64,000 bases of DNA from Bigelowiella natans CCMP2755. Lineage: Eukaryota; Protista; Cercozoa. Location: contig ADNK01000443.1 of the NCBI GenBank assembly GCA_000320545.1, forward strand, positions 8,578 to 72,577, written 5' to 3'. Under the pieces are notes generated by a model, which searched no databases, was not told the DNA's origin, and saw only the letters and a program-made list of their open reading frames with translations. Below are positions 12,901 through 24,673 of this stretch, piece by piece. The stretch's first letter is position 1; every line of letters begins with the position of its first letter. The translations under genes were made by a program, and so were the position numbers.

Positions 12901-15004
12901 TTCCGGGGACGCCATGGCGTTACTGCGTTTAGGTGTCAAGAAGTTGACGAAGAAGTTCGGCACAAGATGCCCAGTGGGAACGACGGAGGGACCAACTACC
13001 AGTCTGCCCGCGAGACCCTCCACCCACTCTTCGTCGCACAAAAATAAGGGAGCCACGCAGCACCTGGCCACGACTACCCAGGAAAGCTTTCCCGTGGCCT
13101 GGAGGAGATACATTGTGTTCTGCGGATCAGACCACGCCCGGCGAAAGTTCATGGAAAATGTCCAATTATACCTCTCACCCCCTGCGCGCCCGAACAACTT
13201 CACCAAGAAGGACGCCATGCCACCAGCAGCCACGGGCAGTGCTGAAAAGGGAGATGACGTTGCGAGTGGCGACGACACGAAAGAAGAAGATAGAGAAGGT
13301 AAACTATTGCAGAAATCGGCCGCGGACAGCGCTAAAAAGGGAGATGACGTTGCGAGTGCCGACGAAACGAAAGAAGAAAATAGTAAGCCTGACGCTACGA
13401 CGACTACGAAAAGTGGTAAGAACAGCATCGAGGTTGGCCTGGGGTCGAAGAGTAGGAATGAGGTGGTGGAGAAGATGGCGAGTACGCGTGTGCCGCACAA
13501 AGTATGCGTGCTGGGAGGGCCAAGAAGCGGGCGCGCTCGAGTTGCCGAGGACCTTCAGAATGCTTTAGGCCTCGAGCTATTCAGTCGTAGGAGTATGCTT
13601 GCGTCCCTGGTTAATGGCGAGTGTGGGAAGGGCTTTCAGCACCTCGAGGCGAAGGCTAAGGCCACGCTGGAGTCGGACAACACTAATGGCGCTGCCGAAA
13701 GGGAGGGCTCCTCCAAGAATATCAATGATGAGGAGATGACAGAGATCGTTAAGCATTTTATTCAAAGGCCAAAGAGCAGGCTGCGTGGATGGGTGCTTGA
13801 GGGGTATCCTGAAACCCTGGGTGAGGCGAAGGGCATGAAGGCACATTCTATTGTCCCGTACCAAGTCTTTCAGCTCGGGGGCGAGAAAAAGCAGTTGCTG
13901 GGGAGGATACTGGATGATAAAGATAAAAAGCTGTCCTCGTCAGAGAAGAAAAAGGAAGGAGGGGAGGAGCAGGCTAACGAGATCAGTCGTCTGAACAAGT
14001 ACTTCAAGCACAACATGGACGTGCAAATCCACTTTCAGTGCACATATGATAATCTACACTGCCTCAATTCCAAGCTGACCCCCTGGAGAATGTCGAGAAA
14101 AGTCATCGATTCCGTTCACGACAGTATGAACCGAAGACGAGCTTTTCATGCCTCGTGGAGGGCTGGGAGGCCCGCTCGGCTATACGGTATGGCTGTGACG
14201 CAAGAACAGCTGCAGACGAGGCTGAACAAGGCATATGGCTGGTATTGTCCCGTAAGTTGGATCGAGGAGCAAGCCCTGCGGAAGCGGGTGTACGACTACA
14301 GATTTATGGCTCTCTTTAAAGGGGGGGTCTTCTGCCTCGCAGACGAGGCTAAGCTCGCTATGTTTGAGAAGAACCCGGAAAAGTACGCGCAAAAGGAAGG
14401 AAAGGGCCTTCCCAGCGACCTCCCGATTCGCCTTGACTATATACACGCCCACGTACTAAAAGCGAAGGACTGTGTTCTACGAGGGAAGGATCCTGTGGAC
14501 ACGAAGAAGATACAAGATACAAACGTCAAGAACGTGGTCCCAGCTGATGGTAGGGAGTCGCTAGTGGTCAAATATAAGGGTAGGCATTATAGGTTCAAAG
14601 ACGAGCAAAACCTTGAGGAGTTTATGATATTTCCACGAAAATATGAGAATGTTGCTCTGCCGTCTCTGGAGGACATGCTTAAGGACTTGTTGGGCTCTTT
14701 GGGGAAGACAATGGCGGAACCGTTGATAGATGCGATGACCCACTTAGGAAAAAAGCGTCCAATATACCCCAGCGCAAAAGCCCCAGAATCCGCAGCACTC
14801 TTCGTTGCGCTGCATCTTAAGGCTTTCAACGCGAAGAAGGGAGACGAAGAGCTGAAGATTTGTAAAAACGGCCTGAATGAATTCATCAAGGCCTGTAGTG
14901 TTGCTACGAAGTTGTCCAAAGCTTACAATCAGAAGGACGAGGAGGAAGCTACATTCTTGGCCAAGCTATATGATTTCTACGCCCTCGCTGCTCCTAAAAC
15001 ATGA
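4024..15004 (+). CDS. AK9: Adenylate kinase 9-like multidomain protein (EF-hand-like N-terminus, E/K repeat, NMP-kinase and YHS-like domains), multi-exon
   Basis: Repeated YHS-like units (GQFCPVTL..KFVNNPTRY; YCPVAL; YGWYCPVSW..FEKNPEKY; VVKYKGRHYRF..FPRKY), P-loop GPPGAGKRT, RGWVLEGYP, and an AK9-type C-terminus RPIYP..SAALFVALHLKAFN. ATG at 4024 splices through short exons into the 5412 ORF. Confidence 0.8.
5598..6250 (+). repeat. Coding tandem repeat: 15-nt (EEVKK/EEAKK) then 21-nt (KKEEEEV) units inside the AK9-like exon
   Basis: Direct reading: gaggaagttaagaag repeats and gtaaagaaagaggaagaagaa repeats. Confidence 0.95.
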
Positions 15005-15757
15005 TGGTTGGCTGGCGGTCGGTAGCAGGAACGGATTCGTTGCAACACTCAAGAAGTTGTGCTAAGATCAATGTGCACGCCTCTCGTGCGCAAATGCCTG
15101 TACACCCTTGCTAGCTTGGATGTGTGCATGACATGCACATGGCGCATGGCGTGTGGCGGGTGCGCATTCTGCAATGCAATCATAGAAAACGCGAGCATTA
15201 AAACTTTTCATGCAATGCTCATCCTAATGTAGCTATGTTGTAGCCTATGCATGCAGGGACTCTAGTTAATTCCCTGAGCGGCAGTGCATGCATGTTTAAA
15301 AATGTCGCATAGTGCTTTGCAACGTTTATTTTGGTATATTGGTGGGACATGTGTCTCTAGTTTCCTACAACTCCAGCGAGTTTGCTACTACCCGTGGCCG
15401 GGAAAGAGATGCGAGAACTTTATTTCCGATCATTTTAACCTTGTATGTCATATATAGTTCACATTTGGCGTTGCTTTGTTGCTATACCCGCATACATCAA
15501 GCGACAGACAGAGCATTTATAAGCTTTTTAATTAATTGTATATTGCGATGTTCGGTAGTCTATCTAGCTGGCCCCGTCTAGCCGTATATTGCTTGCGGTG
15601 CGCAAGAATCTGCCGCTTTGGTGTCCCAATCTAGCAATACGGGCAAAAGCAGCGTGGAGAGCTCTCCTTGCCGAATATGACTACATAAGCGTTCTTTCAT
15701 AAACTTCATTTTATTGTCACTTTCATTCCAGATCCCATGATAAATGCATCATCTTGC

Positions 15758-17620
15758 TCAAACAATCTCATCTCCTTTTCCCCAATCAGTTTCCTTAATT
15801 CCAACTTTCTTTCGGCCCGACGAACTACGAAGGCTGTGCGCAATCACCCGATCAAACTCTAACGATGCGACTGGACTGGGTATCTGGCGTATATTTGATT
15901 CGTGCAATGGGTTGTCCTTTCCTGCCGGAAAGCCACACCTCTCGTAGAGCTTGACACGTTCCTTGTAGGCTGGATAGATCGTCACGCGCGACTCCTCTGC
16001 AGCGTTCCCTGGGATGAAGATACTGCGCTGGGACGTCGACGACCCAGCTAGCACTTTAGCGTCGGTTACAACCAGCTGGCCGATGAGGTGGGATATGGTG
16101 GTAAAATCGTATCGGGCTCCGAAACTCTCCCCGCAGTTTGCGCACTTGCTTACTGTCATCTCGAATCGCCCGAAGCTTGCGTGATTGAATTCCACCTTAT
16201 TCGAGAACGCAACGGCTCGTGGTTGCCAGTTCTTATACGTCCGCGCCGGGCCGTGCCAGTTATGTTGTCCAGGCTGCAACTCTCCCTCGAAAAGGGCGGT
16301 GGAGCACTTTGCACATGACAAAGAACTTGCCTTTGGAAGCTTCAAAAGACTTGCGCCACATGTCGATTGCAACACTGTATAGGCACGTCCGCAGGCGTTG
16401 ATCCGTTGGTCGAGAAAAGCAGCCTTCAGTTCTTTCTTGTCGATCTCCCCGTCGCCATCGACATCGAGAGCGTGCAGGCACTCGTCGATAGCACTGCCGA
16501 GTTGCGTATCGTCGCTGCCTTGAATCGCAAGCGCTTCCTTCAGCAGATCGACCAACTCGCGCCCCCCGATGCTATTGCTCTTATCCTTGTCGTACCTGCC
16601 GAAGTAGTAGTCTACTGTTTGATCTACTTGCCCACCCAGTGCCGGGTGAAGCACGCGCGCGTCATCAAGGGACGTCTTGAGAGGTGGGATGGTATCCGTC
16701 GCCACGTAGTTGGTGAAGTCACCGATATTGCCGTTCTGCGGCTCGATGAGCACCCATCCAGCCCCCTCGATGTATGCCTCGGCGCATGCGTGCATGGTGG
16801 AGGGATGCCACTTGGCCACCTCGGACTCTCGCATGATGTTAGTCACCAATCGAGCAGGAATGCCTACTGAGCGACACGCACTGACCATGACTGCACTGTA
16901 CCTTCCGCACTGCCCGTAGCCTGTCTTGAACGCGTGGGACGGCGGCTTTCCATTGTTTTGCATGTCCTTGCCAGCATGATACTGGATGTGTGAATATATC
17001 CTTCGAGCGAGTTGCTGAACGAAGAAATAATCTGGCATCCCTTCGGGGCGGTGGAGTCCCCTCCTGCAAAGCTCCGAGAGCATGGCCTTCGAGTCGCCCG
17101 CGTGACTTACCGCAGCATTCCAGAGGTACCTCTCACGCTCCTTCGGGTCCAGTTTCTCTGGTGCCACAGGCTCGAATCTATCGTCGAGCTCCGACGCGAT
17201 GCCCTTTGCAACCGCTTCGTACGAGACGAGACGAGTCTCATATTGAGTGATTTTGTGTATGATCCTCACCCGACTGATATCCTTCATGTCGATAATGGCG
17301 GCCGTCATCGATTTTAGTCCACTAATTTTGACAACCTTCGTCACTTCCCCCCCTTCCCGTGTCGCGGTGAGATGGATATCGACTGAGACGCTCTGTGCGC
17401 GACTGCCCGACGCCTCTTCATCCATGAGGTTGCCAGCGAACACGAAAGCCTTCTCGTAGTCTTTCCATTTGACCTTGCTCTCCATCGGAACTAGGCGCTG
17501 GGGGGAAAAAATAATAATAATCCGTTCTCTTCCCCTAGCCGTTATCCCGTTCTTTCTCCTCACTTTCTCTTTGGCTTTCTTTTTCTCTTTCCCCCCCCCC
17601 TCTCTCTCTGTATTCGTGTG

Positions 17621-17658
<38 letters not shown>

Positions 17659-18138
17659 AGCTTGACGTACCGAGGCCAGCCTTATTTCACGATAGGGTCG
17701 CCTCATGAGCACGACTCTCCCAACTCTCTTCGCAATGCCTTCCCAGTCGGGAGTTGTCTTGGCGCTCCGCAGCTCCGCGTCGAGCATGTCGCGAAGAGGG
17801 ACGTAATTTGCCTCCTCCCTCGTGGAAGCGCAATTCATCTGCTGATTGAAGATGCGAAGACAGTCGAAATAGAAGGTCTTATTCAGTAAAACCGTATCCT
17901 TCTTCCTTAGGGCTGGGGCGAGGATTTTTCTCCATTCCAAAAGCGTCAGTTGCCGGTTCTTGGCATGCTCCTCCACGAAGCCCAAGACCTTCTCACAGCC
18001 TCGGGAGCGCATGGCGAGGATTTCTTTTGAGTCCACCACGCCATTTTTGTCGGCGTCAAATGCCTTGAACACCCGCGGCCACAGCTGCTCGATCTCCTGA
18101 AGGTAGTACTTGTCCGTCGGCAAACAAACTGCCTCCAT
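15758..18138 (-). CDS. EF-hand + transglutaminase-like + EF-hand pair + Yippee/Mis18-like Zn domain protein (2 exons; intron 17498-17670)
   Basis: EF loop DADKNGVVDSKE; TGase core GYGQCGRYS..CRSVGIPARLV..HACAEAYIEGAGWVLIEP; EF loops DKDKSNSIGGRE and DVDGDGEIDKKE; CAKC...CANCGESFGARYD. In-frame GT-AG junction RLAS|RLVP. Confidence 0.8.
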
Positions 18139-18322
18139 AGTATAGTGGTGGGCACCCTGTCTTCTATGTATTTCTGCACAATTGCCTATTCCGAGTCAAG
18201 CATCTCTTTAATAAAAGGCAGCTGGTAGTACATGCATGGCATGCATGGTACGGAAAAATACTAGAGGAATGTGTAACTGCCAGGACCGTAATCATGTTAA
18301 TCTTTATAGGTGATGTGATGAC

Positions 18323-18612
18323 CTGACTTCACCTGACGAATTTCGTCAGATATTTCTGGGGTGGATTTTGGCCCTCCAATGCCTGACGAAATTTCGTCAG
18401 GTGAAATCAGACGTCGGAGAATATTTCGGCCGAATTATAATTAATAATTTAATTTCAAAATCACCTTAAAATGTCACCTGACCTGACCTGACCTGACGCA
18501 TTTTTGCAACCTTTCAAAGGCTGTAAGGACTCGGGAGCGGCTGGGCAGATCGACCTGGATGACTTGCAAGGCCTTTTCCCTAGATCTAGATCTAGATCTA
18601 GATCTAGATCTA
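18323..18612. promoter_or_regulatory. Palindrome-rich intergenic element between divergent genes
   Basis: Perfect 20-bp palindrome CCTGACGAAATTTCGTCAGG (18382-18401) plus a near copy in inverted orientation (18323-18349 versus 18383-18410), (ACCTG)4 at about 18476-18497, and (CTAGAT)5 at 18580-18612. Confidence 0.45.
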
Positions 18613-18857
18613 CCTGTAAACAAAAAAATCTTTCAGGCTGTGAGCGACTGAGCGGCGGGTGGAAACTTCAATCCCCGATAGTTTTGGCTTTTAACAAGAA
18701 ACTGAGGAGGATAGCTAAAAAATTTCACAAAACATGGGTGCACATGAAACTGACATCGAAAATTTGGAAATTTCACGATATGTGTTTGTCGCATGCACAA
18801 AAAACACTACCAAAAAATAAATCATTTCCGAGTTGCCCATCCCCCAGTCGGCTCAAG

Positions 18858-20919
18858 ATGCTGTTCGTCCTTGCCGCAACATTGGCATTGTCCACGGCAT
18901 CGTCCCAAGACCCATCGATCGAAGTGATACTGGCGAACTCGTTGAAGGAGAGGGTATTCGGGCGTCTAGTTGTGTACGCCAGTGTTAATAATAAAAGCGA
19001 GCCAAGGACTCAGTGCTCCGATGGGTACAGTGTTGTATCTAGTTCTTTCTCTTGCTTCACTTGAATTGTTCACACATATCAGAGCACTAAATAGAACCAG
19101 TAAAACTGATGACTTATTTGCGCTCGGATTAAAATTCTATTTGACAGCCAAGACACTGCCCAGGCATTTGGAATCGATGTTCTTGAGGGGAAGCCTGGCA
19201 GTAAGCTGAGGATAGATTCCAACGTGCTGGGATATCCGCAACCCTCTCTTCGCGAAATTGTGGGTCGTCAACTGTATTTCCAGGTTGATTTAAAAGGAAA
19301 GGCTGAGCTTTTTCTTCGATAACTCTCTCCCTCTCTCCCACCTCTCTCTCTCTCCCCCTCCTCAACTACGTCGTTTACAAAGCATATTGAATTTAATTCA
19401 GGCTGAAATTCGCCCATATGAGTTTTTCCAACGGGGAGATGGAGTAAATGTGACGTTGCCAAGGAGTTGTGTGAACCCGGGAGGAAATGACGGAGCCTAC
19501 CCTGCCCCCGTAGGCAGCCTTTACTCCTCTGTTGTCTACGGTAAAGTGGTTGCGAGTAGCGATGGAAGTCCTTCTATCACACTCTCTGTCACAGAGGAAG
19601 TATTTCCATCCGCAAACCCGGGATGTTCTGGAAATGGAGCAGACTCGAAGTGGATAAAAACTGTCAACGTGGAGAGTGCGCGACTATCGAAGTTTTGGGG
19701 GCGCTCGATGATGCTTCAGGCCTGTGTGCTTCTCCCTTACGGATTTGAAGAGAACCCAGACGCCACGTACCCACTAGTGATTGCCCACGGTCATTTCTCT
19801 TCTTCGTGGATGGCAGGAGGTAGCTTCCGTGAGTCACCACCCGATCCGAAGGCACAGGGTTATGCGAAGGTTGATCAGGAATATGGACACTATCTGTACC
19901 GAAATTGGACAGGCAAAGACTCCTCCTCCCTGTTCCATGGTGCCAGGATGCTAGTCATCACGATCAATCACCCCGTACCGTTCTTCGACGACTCCTACGC
20001 TGTGAACTCTGAGAATGTGGGACCCTATGGAGATGCGGTGATGTTCGACCTGCTGCCTGCCGTTGAGAAACGTTTTCGCGGGATCGGTGCAGGATGGGCG
20101 CGTGCAGTAATGGGCGGTAGTACAGGGGGCTGGGAGTCTCTAGCCGCCCAGGTATTCTACCCCAAAGAGTTTAATGGAGCATACGCGGCCTGCCCGGACC
20201 CCGTTAGCTTCACTTCGTATACGACCGTCAACATCTACGAGGAAGGAAATGCTTACTACTATGACGCCCCATTCAAGCGCACCCCGAGACCTGGTGTGCG
20301 GGATTCGTATTCTGGCCAAACCGTGGTTCCCGGCACGTCAGAGGTCGATTATGGCCACCCTTACGGTCAAACATCCGCTACTGTTGAGGAAATGAACCTC
20401 CGTGAGCTTGTTCTGGGACCTAAATCGCGTTCCTGTGGACAGTGGGACATCTGGGAGGCCGTCTTTTCACCCCGTGGCGCTGATGGATATCCTGAGCGTA
20501 TCTGGGACAAAAAAACGGGAAAGATCAATAAAACCACGGCAAATTTTTGGAGAGATAATTATGACCTTCTTCACATCATGAAGAGAGACTGGAAGACAAA
20601 GCAGCTAGGCTCACTTCTCCAGTCCAAAATTCACGTGTTTGTCGGTGCGAGTGACACTTTCTTCCTCACCGATGCAGTGATGGATCTCCAGGACTTCCTT
20701 GAGAGCACAAAGGAACCATACTACAACGGTTCTGTTCTCATCGGAACACACGATGGACGAGGATTCGAGCACTGCTTCAACGGATATCTACCGGATGGGA
20801 CTGTGGCTCCGAACGGAATCACTCGTAATCTTTACCTGCAGAAGTTTCTCCCAGAAATGGCGCAGAGATTCATCCAATCTGCCCCTGCCGGAGCTGATCT
20901 TACTTGGTCACAATACTAA
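18858..20919 (+). CDS. Secreted putative esterase (Fes/enterochelin esterase-like alpha/beta hydrolase), 3 exons
   Basis: Signal peptide MLFVLAATLALSTASS; VLLPYGFEENPDATYPLVIAHGH; FFDDSYAVNSENVGPYGDA; nucleophile elbow GGSTGGWESL; GASDTFFL; GFEHCF. Two 5' introns join in frame. Confidence 0.85.
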
Positions 20920-21736
20920 TAAGTCTGCTTGCATTGAGAGTGCCATGTCGTAAATATGGGAAACCTCTAACATGAGCTACAGTTTTCACAACTTGAATGC
21001 ACGCCACACTTCAGTAACTGCGCTACTCTAGTGCTGCTTGCTTGTGTGTAGTAAGCCTAGTCGTCTCGAGAGCACAAGTGCATTGTCAGTGAGCTCCACT
21101 TAGATCTAGAGATGGATGCATGAACATGTTTACAAACACATGTAGTCGCAGGCATCGCATCTAGCTAGCTAGAGCATCGCATACAATAGCAAACAGCAGC
21201 ATCAATGCATGGACACGCAATGCTACGGTGCAGGCATGTACGTATTACCTACATGTCTATCATGATTGGCGCATGCTAGCACGCATGGCATGCGTTGATT
21301 AAGCGGATAAGGCTTCGACTCGGTCCAGCCGTAGGTGACAGGTCCTTCCATGCGAATGAGTGGAATGAACGAGTGATCCAGTGCGCAGGCACATGTAGCA
21401 CGGCCCGCTAATTACTAGTGACTCAAGCATCGTCAAGTTTGAAATAGAGCATGCCTTGCTGACGGGAATGATTCTCTTTTTTTGTTGTGCAGAATGCGTC
21501 TCATTGTACAAACATAGGCTTTCACTTGAATTTCATGAGATGTCAGCTGAAGCCACGACTACAGGCAAAGCACATACATCTAATGCATATTCTGAAACAA
21601 CAATTGTGATGATCCATTTTTTTTAACACGAAACATGCACCGTGCAGGAGAATTCCAAGCAAATAAACTGATGTTGTGCCTGCCAGTTATTTTGGCAGGC
21701 GAAATGGATACATTCGCGAAATCCATCAGGGAAATG

Positions 21737-22931
21737 CTACTTTATCCGTTTGGCGTGAAGAAGGCTTGGCGAAGAATATGTCACACTTGCAGAATCTGTG
21801 TATCCTCCATGATCATCAAATAATATCCTTTATTTTCTACGTGCTTCAAAGTATCGTTTTAAATTACTTGCGTCCTTCTCATTCTAAATACCAAAAATAA
21901 TAAATATATATGAACGAATCCAAAGCAAAGAAAACTAATGCTGAGAACATCATTTCATTTCTATTTTAGGTTATATTTCGTACTCCAACCGCCAAATGTA
22001 TAACTCGTATGATGACTACCAAATTAGCCTCCTTCACCACTGAAGCTAGCAATTCATGCGAGCCATAACCTCCCACCTGACCGCCATCAAACTCAATGCA
22101 AACCCAAACAGATTGTGAATCGTGCGGACTTTCATGTTTCACATTTTGGGTTTGGGTCGCCGAGCATGCAACTACCAGGCTGTTCATTTCAGCAGCAATT
22201 GTTTCGGATCCGGCAACTGTGCCTCCCTTACTGATATCCCTTTTGTTTTCCAACATATATGAGCATTTGTATCAGACGAATGTGTACTGCTTTGGTTGTA
22301 GTAATATGTGTGATCTGTAGTCAAAATTATTTTCCCCTAAATTATCTTTCTGTAATACAGACTTGAGTAAATGCGAGAGGCCTTTTGCATTCTGGAGGTA
22401 GTATCTAAGTGTGGTGCCATTCAAACTCATATCCAGACAAGAAGAGTGAATTAAAAGGTACTAGACTTTTGTTGCGAGTTCCTTGCCGAGATGAATGTTG
22501 GATTGGCCTACGTATTTGTGCGAATTTTAAATAGTGTGGTTAAGATTGTTGCTTGCACGCCTATAAGTGATACGTGGATGTGTTCACAGGTATGCGCGCA
22601 CATATTCAAACTGAGAAGGGAAGAGAGGGGATGGAAAGGGTAGAGAAGGAGAGAGTGGAGAGCGATAATTAGAGCAGGTGTGGAGCACACTTTCACGAGT
22701 GTAAATCCGCTCTGTTTCTGGAGAGTCTGCGGGTTCGTTTTCTTCTTATCATAATACACCTACATATATGGCGGCCATTGTGTTAGTATTGATGGTACCC
22801 AATTACACAATAGCCAGCTGTAAATGGTATGAACCGTACTCGCACTGTTTCGAAGTGCCCGACGCAAGATCCCGCCTTGTGGAAGATAGAAATATAAAGT
22901 ACCAATCAGGTCGATGTCCAGAACGAAAGCA

Positions 22932-22992
<61 letters not shown>

Positions 22993-23188
22993 TCGTAGAT
23001 ATGACACCCGGAAGTGCGCCTAGTGATCCCTCTCCCGTCCAATAGCAACCCATGGCAAACTGAATCTTCCCGATGTCCGGGGTCGGCGGCGCCGACTTGT
23101 TCTGGGGGTCGATCTGCTCTTTTCCCTGCTTCTGTTCCATGTGGCCTTGGCTCTCCTTCTTAGATTTCTTCGAGTTCTTGTGTCCCAT
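21737..23188 (-). CDS. msrA: Peptide methionine sulfoxide reductase A-like protein with N-myristoylation motif (multi-exon; stop at either 21830 or 21737)
   Basis: FAMGCYWTGEGSLGALPGVISTKAG..ETVRVYYD (MsrA GC[F/Y]W site, Cys encoded by TGC), QQKYYLQ, and helical C-domain SETIAAEMNSLVGGYGS. N-terminus MGHKNSKKSKK. Confidence 0.75.
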
Positions 23189-23600
23189 CTAACAGAGGAG
23201 TAGACTTTTGGCTCGAAGATCCTTCTTTCTTTTTATGACGTTGTGGGTCAACAAGGAAGCAACGTGCAGATCTGGGAGGGCAGAGTTGGGTATTGCACCG
23301 AGGTATCTTCGTAGAAAGTGTTATTAGCTCGAAACGGCCTGTGTGTTCCGTCTACGACAACCTGACATTTGATGATGCTACTCCAAGAAGCCATGTGGAC
23401 TGCCTTGACACGCTTGACGTAGTGGAAATAATTTTTGGAACTGAGTGCGCAGATATAGTGCGACAAGATGAATCCTTAGTCGTCTCCCGGTATCATCGTC
23501 ATTTGCTTCCTCTGAGGATCGTTGTCACATTACCCATCTCGTCGGAAGGTACCAAGCAAGGAAGGAGGAAGCCAAAGTAAGGAACCCGCGGATCCCGAAG

Positions 23601-24604
23601 ATGTCACTCCACGAGCTAAAAGAAACTGCCTCCAAGAACAAGTGAAATGATCATCAATAGTTGAGATCCACTGCGTCATTTTTGGAATGGTTTGCATCAG
23701 ATTTCTGGTTCTGCATTACTACAGGTTTATGCATGCATGAATGTACGTACTTGGAAACATTGAGACACTCAAAAGTACCATAGGGGAGACTGGTGACCGT
23801 TTTGCAAGCGAATTAGCTTGGAGATTGATCGGAAGCTAGCACCGCTTCGGGCAGCGGGCGGCGAGGCAATCATGGTGACAGCGCAAGTATGTGGAAAATA
23901 ATTGCACCGTTAAGTATATGATATATTCACTGCCCATCATTTACCAATGATCAAAGGCATCAGAGATAACCAAAAGCACAAAGGAACGTTGGGGTCTAAA
24001 AGATGAAAAGCTACAAGTTGTGTCAGATTTTGACAAGACTATTGCAAACGAATTCAAGCTGACAATCACACCGTGAGCTATCATATCCGTTTCACACTAC
24101 AGCAAGATGTATATGAAGATTTTAACAGAGCAAGTAAGGCAACCCAATACAAGGATTCGAAAATGACCCAACCAGCGATCATCGTGTGAGATAAATATTT
24201 TCCATCTGCTGCCAACTTGCCATCTATAACACGCTACTGATTTATTCTTAGTCTGAACTCAAAGTTCGAGATCATCTATTTCTGGAAAAAGGATGTTGAC
24301 AGTCCTTTCGGACGGCCACTCCCCTCCGCCCTTATTCCTATCATTATCGCCGAGGCTAAGAAGGTTAAGGAAGGTAATAAGGAGCCTGGCCTTCGTTACA
24401 TTGTGTTCCTTCTGCATTATATTTCACCCAACAGGTGAGGTTATGCAAAAGATTTCCGAGGAGAAGACAGCAAATGTTCCAACCCAGGGCGTAAGTTCGG
24501 TAAAAGTTTGATATAAAGTTAAATGCAAACAATGATGAGATCTAGACCTCATTTACATTAATCTTTGCTTTAAGGTTCCGGGGGTTCTTTGTAATCTGCT
24601 GTAA
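23601..24604 (+). CDS. Selenocysteine-containing AhpC/TSA (peroxiredoxin-like, UxxC) protein with C-terminal CaaX; exons 23601-23641, 23701-23724, 23784-23886, 23957-24072, 24129-24185, 24252-24373, 24435-24490, 24575-24604
   Basis: Seven GT-AG introns with matching phases give MSLHELKETASKNKFLVLHYYRGDW-U(TGA 23794-23796)-PFCKRISLE...VVSDFDKTIANEFKL...QPAIIVLN...GRPLP...GVLCNLL*. TGA occupies the first Cys position of the family motif YRGxWCPFC. A SECIS-like hairpin follows the stop. Confidence 0.85.
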
Positions 24605-24673
24605 GCTGCTTCGAATCTGTGAAGCGAATGCATGCATAGTTTCATCATCAGGATCTCAAGCAATCAAAATTAA

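Noticed and set aside
12772-13500. 242-aa minus-strand ORF
   Set aside because: Antisense shadow of the AK9-like terminal exon.
23030-23060. Selenocysteine form of MsrA
   Set aside because: The active-site codon is TGC (Cys), and no convincing SECIS was seen downstream.
23248-23580. Short ORFs on both strands between msrA and the selenoprotein
   Set aside because: No recognisable motifs or splice linkage; more likely promoter/5'UTR.
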